A DNA stretch of 64,000 nt from an uncultured delta proteobacterium (lineage in GTDB: Bacteria; Desulfobacterota; Binatia; UBA9968). Below are positions 9,578 to 18,943 of the stretch, piece by piece. The DNA is taken from contig CAVUVW010000021.1 in the NCBI GenBank assembly GCA_963745035.1, positions 224,001 to 288,000 on the forward strand, given 5' to 3'. A program made the translations under genes and the position numbers. The notes below the pieces were generated by a model. That model did no database searches and was not told where the DNA came from. It was given only the letters and a program-made list of their open reading frames with translations. How positions within the stretch are numbered: the stretch's first letter is position 1; each line of letters begins with the position of its first letter.

Positions 9578-10636
9578 TCAATAGCCGCGCTCCCAGTCGA
9601 TAAGATTCTCCAGCGGCCGGCCCTCCAGATAACGCGCCAGGTTTTCGCAAAATAGATTCAACCCGCCGTGCTCGGAGACGTCGGTGGCCGCCGACACGTG
9701 GGGCGTAATGACGACCCGCTCGTGACGCCAAAGGCGCGCATCCGGCGCCCGCTCGAATTCTCCGTCATACACGTCCAGGGCCACGCCGCGAAGTTTTCCC
9801 GCCGCCAGAGCCTGAAGCAGCGCTTCTTCGTCGATGATCTCGCCGCGCGCGATGTTGACGAGAGTGGTTCCGGTTTTCATCGCGGCGAAAGCCGCCGGGC
9901 CGATCAGTCGATCGGTTTCCTTGGTCCAGGGGCAGCAAACGGCGACGAACTCGCTTTCGCCGAGCAGATCATGCAGACGGTCGGCGCCTTCGATGCGCGC
10001 GAAGCCCGGCGGCAGCGCCGCGCCGGACGTACCCCGTCGGCTGGTGCCGACCACGCGCATGCCCGCGGCGGCGCAGAGCATGCCCACTTCGCGGCCGATG
10101 CCGCCGGCGCCGATAACACATGCGGTCTTGTCGCGCAGGATGACCGGATCGTAAGCGCGGTGGTCGAAACGTCCATGGTGCTTTTCCCGGTAGCTCAGAT
10201 GGAAGCCGCGGGCGAAATGCAGAAAGCTCGCCAGCACGTACTCGGCCATGGGACGGCGATTGGTGAGGCCGCGCGAAGTGGTGACGCGGACATCGGCGCC
10301 CCAGAGATCGGTGCCGAAAAAATTACTCGCGCCGGCGGGCAGCTCGTGCACCCATTTCAACCGCGGCGCGCGCGCCCGCAGATCTTTGAGCGGCGGCCAG
10401 CCGGTGAGCACGACCTCCGCCTCGGCGAGGGCGCGATTGCGCTGATCGACGGTGGTGACCGGCGATTCTCTGCCTGCGATGTAGCGATCGACGGTCCAGC
10501 GCGGCCAGGCGGCGCGCAGTTCGACGTCGAACCAGCCGCCCGCGTCGATGAGCTGGACTTGCCGGCCGACGCTCTGAATGCGCTTCAAAACCGGTTCGGC
10601 CAGCTTCGGCATGGTCAAGACGTTCACGGTTTCCAT
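9578..10636 (-). CDS. D-2-hydroxyacid dehydrogenase family protein
   Basis: GAGGIG Rossmann, NIARG, ALDV, ITPH motifs. Confidence 0.9.
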   Translation of the reverse strand: METVNVLTMPKLAEPVLKRIQSVGRQVQLIDAGGWFDVELRAAWPRWTVDRYIAGRESPVTTVDQRNRALAEAEVVLTGWPPLKDLRARAPRLKWVHELPAGASNFFGTDLWGADVRVTTSRGLTNRRPMAEYVLASFLHFARGFHLSYREKHHGRFDHRAYDPVILRDKTACVIGAGGIGREVGMLCAAAGMRVVGTSRRGTSGAALPPGFARIEGADRLHDLLGESEFVAVCCPWTKETDRLIGPAAFAAMKTGTTLVNIARGEIIDEEALLQALAAGKLRGVALDVYDGEFERAPDARLWRHERVVITPHVSAATDVSEHGGLNLFCENLARYLEGRPLENLIDWERGY

Positions 10637-10670
10637 AAAGCGAACAGTACCGGATGCCGAGAAGATCTCC

Positions 10671-10802
10671 TAGCAGGCCGCTGAAAAAGACCCATAGGCT
10701 TCGTTGCGCTCAATCGCCTCGCGTCAATGTACTACCGGTGTACGCCTCCGCTCGGCGATTTATCGCGCGCCTCGCCTCTGGATCTTTTTGAGCCGCCCGC
10801 AA
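10671..10802. mobile_element. MITE/REP-like palindromic element (about 130 bp)
   Basis: Terminal inverted repeats TAGCAGGCCGCTGAAAAAGA / TCTTTTTGAGCCGCCCGCAA (16/20 match) with nested internal complementarity; intergenic. Confidence 0.6.
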
Positions 10803-10987
10803 GAGGTTTTTGGCAGTCTCCTAGCGGCGGTTGCGGCCAGAGCAAGCGCCGGCATGCAGGCCCTCGCCGCCAAGGACGTATTTTCTCATTTCCATACGGC
10901 AAGAAAACATTTTCTCGGCGGCCCGGATTTTGGTCGGCGGCCGTGGTACTTTTTACTGAAAGGGGTCTGCGGGCGAAGATAAGGATC

Positions 10988-12310
10988 ATGACCAAGAGTT
11001 TTTACACCGCCGTGGCGGAGTTTCTCAAAGTCTGGGGTGTGCTCGCGTTGATCATCGCCGCCGGCTTCGTGTTCACCTACCAATATGTGGGCGCGCCGCC
11101 GCCGAAAACGGTGCGCATCGCCACTGGCGCGAAAGAGGGCGCCTACTACACCTTCGCCGAGCAGTACGCGCGCCTCTTGGCGGAAGATGGCATCGTTCTC
11201 GAAGTGGTGCAGACGGCGGGTTCGGTGGAAAATCTCGCGTTGCTGCGAAAAGGCGACGTTACGCTCGCGTTGGTGCAGGGCGGCAGCGCGACCAAGGAAG
11301 ACAAGGAAGGCCTGCAATCGTTGGGCAGCCTGTTTCTCGAGCCCCTTTGGATTCTTACTCGGGAACAAAAGCCGGTGAAGGAATTTTCGGCCTTGAAAGG
11401 CCACCGACTCGCGGTCGGAAGCGAGGGAAGCGGCACCTATTTTCTGGCCAGACAGCTACTGGCTGCGGGCGGCATCGACGAATCGAATACAACGTTGGTG
11501 ACGGCCGACTCGGCGACGGCTCTCGCAGGGCTGACTCAGGGATCATTCGACGCCGCGTTCTTTGTCGCCTCATTCCGGGCGCCGCTGATTCGCGGGATTT
11601 TGGACCGACCGAATCTCCGACTCGTCGATTTCGACCGGGCCGCAGCCTATGCCCGGTGGTTTCCGTTCTTGACTCCGGTGACTCTGAGCGAGGGCGTGTT
11701 GGACCTGCAAAAAAACCTGCCGCGGCGCGACATCACTCTGGTCGCGGTAACGGCCAACTTGGCGGCGCGCCGGGATCTCAATGCGAGTCTGATTCCGGTG
11801 CTCCTCAACGCGCTTTCACAAGTCCACCAGACCGGAGGCCTGCTGGAGCGCAGGCGGCAGTTTCCATCCATCGATTTCGTCGACCTGCCGCTCAATCAGG
11901 ACGCCGCCCGCTACATCGTCAACGGGCCGTCGTTTCTCTATCGCTGGCTGCCCTATGGCTGGGCCGTGCTCCTCGATCGCTTGAAAATTCTGATCGTCCC
12001 TTTCCTGGCCTTGTTGATTCCGCTGTTTCGCATCGCACCGCCGCTCTACAATTGGCGTATTCGCTCGAAAATCTATCGCTGGTACGCGTCCGTGCGGGAA
12101 ATCGACTCGACCGTACAGAAACATGAAAGCGTCGACGCCAATTCGCTGCTGCGGCGCCTCGCGGATCTCGAACGCGAAGTCGCTTCGGTATCGGTGCCGC
12201 TATCGTACACCGGTGAACTCTACAATCTGCGGCTCCATATCGACCTCTTGCAACAGGAGCTTGAGAAGAGGAAAGTCGCCAAGCAAACGGAGCGAAGGGA
12301 AGCGTCATGA
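10988..12310 (+). CDS. TAXI-family TRAP solute receptor with C-terminal membrane extension
   Basis: RIATG..GAYY, TAGSVENL, LAVGSEGSGT motifs. Confidence 0.85.
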   Translation: MTKSFYTAVAEFLKVWGVLALIIAAGFVFTYQYVGAPPPKTVRIATGAKEGAYYTFAEQYARLLAEDGIVLEVVQTAGSVENLALLRKGDVTLALVQGGSATKEDKEGLQSLGSLFLEPLWILTREQKPVKEFSALKGHRLAVGSEGSGTYFLARQLLAAGGIDESNTTLVTADSATALAGLTQGSFDAAFFVASFRAPLIRGILDRPNLRLVDFDRAAAYARWFPFLTPVTLSEGVLDLQKNLPRRDITLVAVTANLAARRDLNASLIPVLLNALSQVHQTGGLLERRRQFPSIDFVDLPLNQDAARYIVNGPSFLYRWLPYGWAVLLDRLKILIVPFLALLIPLFRIAPPLYNWRIRSKIYRWYASVREIDSTVQKHESVDANSLLRRLADLEREVASVSVPLSYTGELYNLRLHIDLLQQELEKRKVAKQTERREAS

Positions 12311-13146
12311 CTTTGTCGACCCACAACGGCGTTTCCGTGCCGTCTTTCATGTACGGCACGGCGTGGAAAAAAGGCGCCACCGCCGCTTTGGTGCGGGCGG
12401 CCGTCGGCGCCGGATTCAAGGCCATCGATACCGCGAATCAACTGATTCATTATGAGGAAGCGCTGGTCGGCGAGGGGCTGCGCGCGCTTGAAAAAGAAGG
12501 TGTCACGCGCGAGACCCTGTTTCTGCAAACCAAATTCACTTCGACCGCCGGGCAAGATCATCGAACTCCCTACGACCCTGCGGCGCCGCTGACCGTGCAG
12601 GTGCGACAGTCCTTCGAAAGCTCGCTGCAACATCTCGGCACCGACTATCTCGATTCCTATGTTCTGCATGCGCCGTTTCAGCGGCGCGGCTTGGGCGAGG
12701 CGGATTGGGAAGTTTGGGCGGCGATGGAGGAGCTTTGCCGATCGGGCAAGACGAAAACCATCGGCGTCAGCAACATTACCGCGGCACAGCTCGCGCAGCT
12801 CTGCGGCGAGGCGCGCCTCAAGCCGATGTTCGTGCAGAACCGCTGCTTCGCTGCGCTCGGATGGGACAGGGAAGTGCGCGACATGTGCCGCAATCACGGC
12901 ATCATCTACCAGGGCTTTTCGCTTCTGACGGCAAACGGCAAAGTTCTCGCGGACCGGGAAGTTCACGATATCGCGAGCCGGCACGGCGCCGGAGTCGCGC
13001 AAGTTATTTTCCGGTTCGCCATGCAAATCGGCATGCTGCCATTGACCGGAACGACGAGCCTAGAGCATATGCAAGAAGATCTGGCGGCGGAGACGATTTC
13101 TCTGACGGATGAGGAGCTGCGGCGGATCGAAAGCGTAGGCTTGTAA
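12307..13146 (+). CDS. Aldo/keto reductase
   Basis: YGTAW, IDTAN, FLQTKF, IGVSN motifs. Confidence 0.9.
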   Translation: MTLSTHNGVSVPSFMYGTAWKKGATAALVRAAVGAGFKAIDTANQLIHYEEALVGEGLRALEKEGVTRETLFLQTKFTSTAGQDHRTPYDPAAPLTVQVRQSFESSLQHLGTDYLDSYVLHAPFQRRGLGEADWEVWAAMEELCRSGKTKTIGVSNITAAQLAQLCGEARLKPMFVQNRCFAALGWDREVRDMCRNHGIIYQGFSLLTANGKVLADREVHDIASRHGAGVAQVIFRFAMQIGMLPLTGTTSLEHMQEDLAAETISLTDEELRRIESVGL

Positions 13147-13179
13147 AGTCCCGGCAATTTCATAGACCGGCGCGTGAGA

Positions 13180-13564
13180 GATCGGACAATCATCGGCAGT
13201 GGTTGGCTGATTGTTTTGACCTTTGCTTCGCGCTGAATTATTTCCTGACCCACATCCAGCAGCGAGGCCGGACCCAATGGCCGATCCTCTCATAGCTGTG
13301 CGCGATGTCCGTGTGCGACACGGCGCGGCTACGGTTCTCGACCTTCCATCCTTCGAGGTTCATGACGGCGAGATCGTCGCGATCATCGGCCCCAACGACG
13401 CGGGTAAATCCACTCTTCTGCGCGTGATCGGATTGCTCCAACGGCCCACCTGCGGGAGCGTTTGTTTCCGCGGCGCGAGGGCCACCCCGCAAAATTCTCT
13501 CGCGCTGCGCCGGCGCATGCGGCGCGCCGTATTGGAGATCGCGCGCCGCCGCTTTATACTCTAA
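13180..13564 (+). pseudogene. Remnant of an ABC transporter permease C-terminus plus truncated ATP-binding subunit (tungstate TupB/TupC-like)
   Basis: LNYFLTHIQQRGR fragment, then MADPLIAVRDV... with degenerate Walker A GPNDAGKST; stops before the signature/Walker B. Confidence 0.6.
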
Positions 13565-13597
13565 ACGAGCGAACGAAAGGACATCGAGGAGAGCGAG

Positions 13598-13918
13598 ATG
13601 GCGCTACCACTGCTGCAAATCGCCAAGCTGCTAGCCCAACTGGCGACGATTGGTCCGGTCGTCAACGAGGGCGCCGACAGGATCCGCAAGCTCGTCGAAA
13701 CCGTGCGGAAAGGCGACGGGAACACGGCAAAACAACTGGAAGCGCTCCGACAGGCGGTCGAATTGCAGAGCGCGGTGAACAAGAAAGTGGACGATCAACT
13801 GCAAATTATCGAGTCGGTGCTGATGAACGTGCAAAAGTCGCTGAAAATTTTGACTTTCACGAGCGCGATTATCGGCATTTTGGCGGTCGCGGCATTGGCC
13901 ACGGCCGTCCTGAAATGA
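13598..13918 (+). CDS. Hypothetical coiled-coil protein with C-terminal TM anchor
   Basis: GAGGAG RBS; helical heptads, hydrophobic C-terminus. Confidence 0.7.
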   Translation: MALPLLQIAKLLAQLATIGPVVNEGADRIRKLVETVRKGDGNTAKQLEALRQAVELQSAVNKKVDDQLQIIESVLMNVQKSLKILTFTSAIIGILAVAALATAVLK

Positions 13919-13943
13919 CAATCCAACGATTGGCGGAGGAGCG

Positions 13944-14162
13944 ATGGCGATCTTTCAATCCTTGGCGAATGCCTTGAAAGTCCTGGCGGTGGGCGATCGG
14001 GTCAAGGTGACTCTACGTCCCGAGACCGGAGCCTTTCCCAATCCGATGGACGGACGGATTGCCGAAAAGGACGAAGCGGGAAATCTGTCGCTGAACTCGG
14101 AACGCGGCGTTGTGGGCATTCGCGCCGAAGACATCATCTCGATCACCAAGCTGCCGGGCTAG
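13944..14162 (+). CDS. Small hypothetical protein (Sm/SH3-like beta pattern)
   Basis: GGAGGAG RBS; VGDRVKVTL...GRIAEKDEAGNLSL...IRAEDI. Confidence 0.65.
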   Translation: MAIFQSLANALKVLAVGDRVKVTLRPETGAFPNPMDGRIAEKDEAGNLSLNSERGVVGIRAEDIISITKLPG

Positions 14163-14183
14163 CTTCGGCTTCCACGCTTCCTC

Positions 14184-14417
14184 ATGGCAGAGTGCAACCA
14201 CGTCAACCTCGAGCTTCTGCCGTCGCGAAAGCGCGCGCTGCGCTGCCGGCAGTGCCATTTGACTCTCGATCCCGAAGAGGCAGCCGACGGCCACTGTCCA
14301 GAGTGTTTCGAACGCTCCGGACAGCGCTACCGCGACTTCGACGAGCTGGAATCCGCCGGCGACGACGCGGCGACGTACCGCTGCGAAGCATGTGGCGTGA
14401 TCGTCAAGTGGCCGTAG
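14184..14417 (+). CDS. Small Cys-rich zinc-ribbon protein
   Basis: CNH, CRQC, CPEC, CEAC motifs. Confidence 0.7.
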   Translation: MAECNHVNLELLPSRKRALRCRQCHLTLDPEEAADGHCPECFERSGQRYRDFDELESAGDDAATYRCEACGVIVKWP

Positions 14418-14507
14418 CAGGCAGAGGCTCTTTTCAAGCCTGTTTGGCGCTTTGCCGCGCGCTCTAACGCGGCGGGCGGCGAGGGCCTTTTTGTAGTCGC
14501 GTTCAGC

Positions 14508-14960
14508 CTACGAGGGCGGTTGGCGCTGCTTCATGTGTTCGTCGCCGCGGCGCTTGAGCTCTTCGGGAGAAACGTCTTCTTTGTGGGTGGCGATCCACCA
14601 GCTGTTGCCGGAAGGATCTTTGACCCCGCCCTGCCGGTCGCCGTAGAATTGATCCGCCGGCTCCATAATCGAAGTCGCGCCGGCTTGGAGCGCGCGTTTG
14701 TAGACCGCGTCCGAATCCTGGACATAGAGAACCAAGGCGCAGGGCATCGGCTTCCATTGCTCCGAGGCTTCGCCCAGCATCATCATGGAGTCGCCGATCT
14801 TGATCTCCGCGTGCATGATGCTGCCGTCGGGAGCGGGCATGCGGAAGGTTTCCTGGGCATCAAACGCCTGCTTCAGGAAATCGACCAACTTGCTTGCGCC
14901 TGTGGCGACGAGGTAGGGCGTGATTGCATGGTATCCGTCGGGAATCGGTTTGACTGCCAT
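14508..14960 (-). CDS. VOC/glyoxalase (PhnB-like) protein
   Basis: MAVKPIPDGYHAITPYL, HAEIKIGDS, FYGDRQG.VKDPSGN. Confidence 0.9.
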   Translation of the reverse strand: MAVKPIPDGYHAITPYLVATGASKLVDFLKQAFDAQETFRMPAPDGSIMHAEIKIGDSMMMLGEASEQWKPMPCALVLYVQDSDAVYKRALQAGATSIMEPADQFYGDRQGGVKDPSGNSWWIATHKEDVSPEELKRRGDEHMKQRQPPS

Positions 14961-15087
14961 CGCGGGTCCCTCCGTTCGATTTTCTCGTTTCACTCCCAGC
15001 CTAGCGCGTATAGACGGGCAAGCAATGGCTTCGCAAGAAATTCATCTGCGACGCGACGCCGGCTGCGGCAACGCCTCGCGAAGCGCG

Positions 15088-16203
15088 CTACCAGGCCTCA
15101 TCCATAGTTCGCAGGATTTGCGCGTGAGTCGCGGGCGTGTCGAGCTTTCGTTCGCGGAGCTCGGCCCGGCAGATGCGCCGGTGAAAGGCGAGCGCTGCCT
15201 GGTGGACGATCATCGGCTTGCCGTTCATGACCGGATGTCCGGTGGATTGCCCGTGGCGCAGGAAAACGGTTTCCTCCGGATGATAGATGAGATCGTAAAA
15301 AGCGGTATGCGGCGGAATCGCGGCGGCGAGCTTTAGCGAGGCCTGGTGATTCGCGTGGATGTCCCTGCCGGCGGATTCGAGCCATTTTCTCTCGAACTCC
15401 GGAAGGTCGAATTCCGCTGCCGCGAACGACGGCGGATGCGCCGGCGCCAAAGCGGAATAGGGCTCGAGCAGGGTCGCTTTACCGTCCGGCAACTTGCGCA
15501 GGCCACCCTGGCCCTTGGTAGTGCAGTTGACAATCAGTCCGACTCGGGGCGCCCACGAAGATAATTCCTCCTCGCCGATCGCCATGGCGTCGCCGCCGGC
15601 CTTTCTTATTTCTTCGGCGAGCGACACGGCTTGTTCCCCGGTGCGGTTGCAAATCAACAGTTTGCCGCCCGCCAGTTGATCGGCGACGTGAAATCCGACC
15701 GCGCGGGCCGAGCCGCCGGCGCCGAGCAGCAACACATTCATTTCGCGCAGCGACGGCAGAAAAATTCCCGCATCGCCGGGCCGGCGAGCTTGTAGGCTGT
15801 CGATGAAGCCTTCGCCGTCGGTGTTGTAGCCGACGAGCCTGCCGCCGGCTTCGCGCACGATCGTGTTGACCGCCTGAATTCGCCGCGCGCCGGGATCGAT
15901 GGCGTCGAGAAAGTTCATCACTCGGACTTTGTGCGGCACGGTGACGTTGGCGCCGAGAAAATTCGCGCAGCGTTTGAGCGCGCCGATGAGATCGCCGAGG
16001 CGGGTGCCGTCGACGTCGAAGGGCAGATAGAGGGCGTCGATGCCCAGGCGGCGAAACGCGGCGTTCCATAAGCGCGGGCTTTTGGAATACTGCGACGGCG
16101 CATCGCCGATCACGCCGGCGAAAGATTGGCCGGCGGCAAACGTAGCGTCGAGCCGGTTGGACAGGCACCGGCCGATCGCGGCGAGATCTTCCGAGGAAAT
16201 CAT
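15088..16203 (-). CDS. aroE: Shikimate dehydrogenase
   Basis: SKSP, NVTVPHK, AVNT, GYNTDGEG, GAGGSAR, YDLIY motifs. Confidence 0.88.
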   Translation of the reverse strand: MISSEDLAAIGRCLSNRLDATFAAGQSFAGVIGDAPSQYSKSPRLWNAAFRRLGIDALYLPFDVDGTRLGDLIGALKRCANFLGANVTVPHKVRVMNFLDAIDPGARRIQAVNTIVREAGGRLVGYNTDGEGFIDSLQARRPGDAGIFLPSLREMNVLLLGAGGSARAVGFHVADQLAGGKLLICNRTGEQAVSLAEEIRKAGGDAMAIGEEELSSWAPRVGLIVNCTTKGQGGLRKLPDGKATLLEPYSALAPAHPPSFAAAEFDLPEFERKWLESAGRDIHANHQASLKLAAAIPPHTAFYDLIYHPEETVFLRHGQSTGHPVMNGKPMIVHQAALAFHRRICRAELRERKLDTPATHAQILRTMDEAW

Positions 16204-16277
16204 GAGCGCGTTCCGCCAGCGCTCCAGTCGTTACACGGCGACAAAACGTTCGCAAGCACGATAAAAACGTCGGCGCG

Positions 16278-17711
16278 TCAGGCGGCTTTCTTGATGATGA
16301 ATTTGCCGTCGGAGAAAGTGAGCAGGGTGTTGCGGCCGTCGATGACGGTTTCCATCACGACGTCGTGGTCCCAGAGCTGCTGCACGTACTTGAGGGTTTT
16401 CTCGGCGTACTCGAGCTGCAGGTCGCGCCCGTCGTGGTGGTGCTTGAGCAGCAGGGTGCGATTGTTCAGATAGTCGGAGTCTTCGACTTTGATCACCGGA
16501 ATGGTGGCGGTGCCGACGTTCTGGATCAACGTCTCCCTGATCTGGCGCCAGTTGTCGTCGTCCGCGACGCGGCTCACCACCTGCTCGTTGCCGCGGCTCT
16601 TGTATTCGAAAAGCTTGAGCTCGCGAATCAACTCTTCGGTGAGATAGCGTCGCAAGAACGACGCGTCGCGCTCCACTTCGCGGACTTCGAACAGCTTCTC
16701 CATGCCGGTCTTGCGGCGCGGGCCGAACTCCTCGATCTCTTCGGCCGTCGGATGGTCCCAGCGCTTTTCGATATCTTCCCAAATTTTCATGCCGACGTGA
16801 TACGGATTGAGGCCGCCAGGGGAGGGGCGCAGCACCTGCGTGTGGCGGATGATGAATTCCAGATGGAGGCCCTGGGGCAGATCGAGCGCCTCGACGATGC
16901 GCTTGTGCCAGAAGCTCGCCCAGCCTTCGTTCATGATCTTGGTCTCGATCTGCGGGACAAAATACTGCGCCTGCTTGTGCACGATGGTCAGCAGGTCGCG
17001 CTCCCATTCGGCGAGCTGCGGATTGTGATCGCGGATGAAGGTCAACAGGTCTTCGTCGGGATAAAGCGGCACCTTCCTCAGGTCGGGCGTCGGCGTTTCC
17101 GCCGGGCGGTGGATCGCGCGAAACGGGTCGGCGGGCGGCTCGAACTCATCGAGTTTCATTTGCCGCTCCTCGCTCGCCGTCGGTTTTTTGATGGCGAGGT
17201 TGCGGCGGCATTGCAGCGACAGCGCGTGGGCGGCGTCGAGCACGGCCTCCACCTTTTCCAAGCCGATGCTCGGATCTTCGACGTAACGGCGCACGCGATT
17301 GGCGTGGCTCTTGAAGGTTTCGATGGTGAATTCGGCGCGGGTGGACCGAAAAGTAAAATTGTTCTTGAAGAAATCGTTGTGCCCGTAGACGTGCGCCATC
17401 GTGAGAATCTGCAGCGCGAGGCTGTTGTCGCGCATGAGATAGGCGATCGACGGGTTGGAGTTGATGACCATTTCATAGGGCAGGCCGCTGACGCCGTATT
17501 CGTAGAGGGTCTTGGTCTTCTCAAAGTTCTTGCCGTAGGACCAGTGGGGATAATGCGACGGCATGCCGGAGTAGACCATATAGGAGAGCATGTCTTCGTG
17601 GTCGCAGATCTCGAATTCCTGGCCGTAGGGATCGAGCCCGAAGCGCTCGACCAGGGCCACGATCTTGTCGTTCCACTGCTCGAGATCTTGCAAGCTATAG
17701 TCGGAAGCCAT
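16278..17711 (-). CDS. spoVR: SpoVR/YcgB family protein
   Basis: HWSYGK, YEMVINSNP, AHVYGHNDFF, TKIMNEGWAS; start MASDYSL at 17711. Confidence 0.92.
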   Translation of the reverse strand: MASDYSLQDLEQWNDKIVALVERFGLDPYGQEFEICDHEDMLSYMVYSGMPSHYPHWSYGKNFEKTKTLYEYGVSGLPYEMVINSNPSIAYLMRDNSLALQILTMAHVYGHNDFFKNNFTFRSTRAEFTIETFKSHANRVRRYVEDPSIGLEKVEAVLDAAHALSLQCRRNLAIKKPTASEERQMKLDEFEPPADPFRAIHRPAETPTPDLRKVPLYPDEDLLTFIRDHNPQLAEWERDLLTIVHKQAQYFVPQIETKIMNEGWASFWHKRIVEALDLPQGLHLEFIIRHTQVLRPSPGGLNPYHVGMKIWEDIEKRWDHPTAEEIEEFGPRRKTGMEKLFEVREVERDASFLRRYLTEELIRELKLFEYKSRGNEQVVSRVADDDNWRQIRETLIQNVGTATIPVIKVEDSDYLNNRTLLLKHHHDGRDLQLEYAEKTLKYVQQLWDHDVVMETVIDGRNTLLTFSDGKFIIKKAA

Positions 17712-17716
17712 GGAAA

Positions 17717-18898
17717 CTAGGCCGCGTCTTCCCGGGCGCGGTCCTTGCTTAGAAAGGCGCGGAAGGAAGCCCAGATGTCTTCCTTCTTCTGAATCTGCAC
17801 GGTCTGAAAGTTCGCTTCCTGGATCTGTGAAAAAAACGTGATCATGCTGCTGCCGTAATAGCCGGCCCCGAGCGGCTTGATCTCGCCGTAGCCGAACAGA
17901 TTGGCCGTGCGAGCGAGCTCCTGGGCGGCCTTGAGCGCAGCCTCGTTGTCGGACTCGAAGTTGTCGCCGTCGGAGCAGTGAAACACGTACACGTTCCACA
18001 GCGCCGGGTGGTAGCGCTCTTCGATGATCTCCAGCGCCTTATTGTAGCCCGAGGAAATGAACGTGCCGCCCGATTCGCCTTTGTGAAAAAACTCCTCCTC
18101 GCTCACCTCCCGCGCTTCGGTGTGGTGGGCGATGAACACGATCTCGACGTTCTGATAGCGCGTGCAGAGAAACTGATAGAGCAGAAAAAAGAAGCTGCGC
18201 GCCAGATATTTCTTCATCGTGTCCATGGAGCCGGACGTATCCATGATGCAGAGCACCACGGCGTTGGATTCGTTGCGCGTGTCGGTGACCGTGTGATGAT
18301 AGCGCAGATCGTCCTGGTGAAAAGGGAAGCGGCGCGATGGCGGGAGGCCGGGCTGCTGCTTCATCGCCGCCTTTTTGCGCTTGACCCGCGAGCGCGCGGT
18401 GCGCTTCTTGTCCAGCCGCACGCGAATGCCTTTGCGGCGAAATCCCTTCTGGCGGAACAGCCGCTCGATTTCGATCTGGCGCAAGCGCTTACGCTCGATA
18501 TCGGGCAGCTCGAGGTCTTCGAACATCAAATCAACCAGCTCGTCGAGGCTCACGTCGGTCTCGTAGTAATCGATGCCCGGACGGTCGCCCGCCTGCTGGC
18601 CGCCTTTACCGTCCTTGCCCTGTCCGACGACATCGCCCGGCTTGGGGTCGCCGTCGCCGCCTTCGCCGACGCCGGGAGCGTTCTCGCCGTAGATGAACCG
18701 GTATTCCTTCACCCCGCGGATCGGCACTTTGATGATGCGGTTGCGATCTTTGCCGATGATGGATTCCTCGGCGATGATGTCGGCGATGTTGTTGCGAATC
18801 GCTTCGCGGACTTTTTGCCGGTGGCGCAGGCGATCTCCGGCGCTGCGGTCGCTGCGCTGTCCCGACGACGAATTATACGGACGAAAGATGGTCGACAA
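17717..18898 (-). CDS. yeaH: YeaH/YhbH (DUF444) vWA-like protein
   Basis: MDTSGSM MIDAS, ESGGT, SDGDN motifs; between prkA and spoVR. Confidence 0.9.
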   Translation of the reverse strand: MSTIFRPYNSSSGQRSDRSAGDRLRHRQKVREAIRNNIADIIAEESIIGKDRNRIIKVPIRGVKEYRFIYGENAPGVGEGGDGDPKPGDVVGQGKDGKGGQQAGDRPGIDYYETDVSLDELVDLMFEDLELPDIERKRLRQIEIERLFRQKGFRRKGIRVRLDKKRTARSRVKRKKAAMKQQPGLPPSRRFPFHQDDLRYHHTVTDTRNESNAVVLCIMDTSGSMDTMKKYLARSFFFLLYQFLCTRYQNVEIVFIAHHTEAREVSEEEFFHKGESGGTFISSGYNKALEIIEERYHPALWNVYVFHCSDGDNFESDNEAALKAAQELARTANLFGYGEIKPLGAGYYGSSMITFFSQIQEANFQTVQIQKKEDIWASFRAFLSKDRAREDAA

Positions 18899-18943
18899 GC
18901 TGCACCCCGGCGCGGTTACACGACCTTCGCTGAAAAACCGCCG

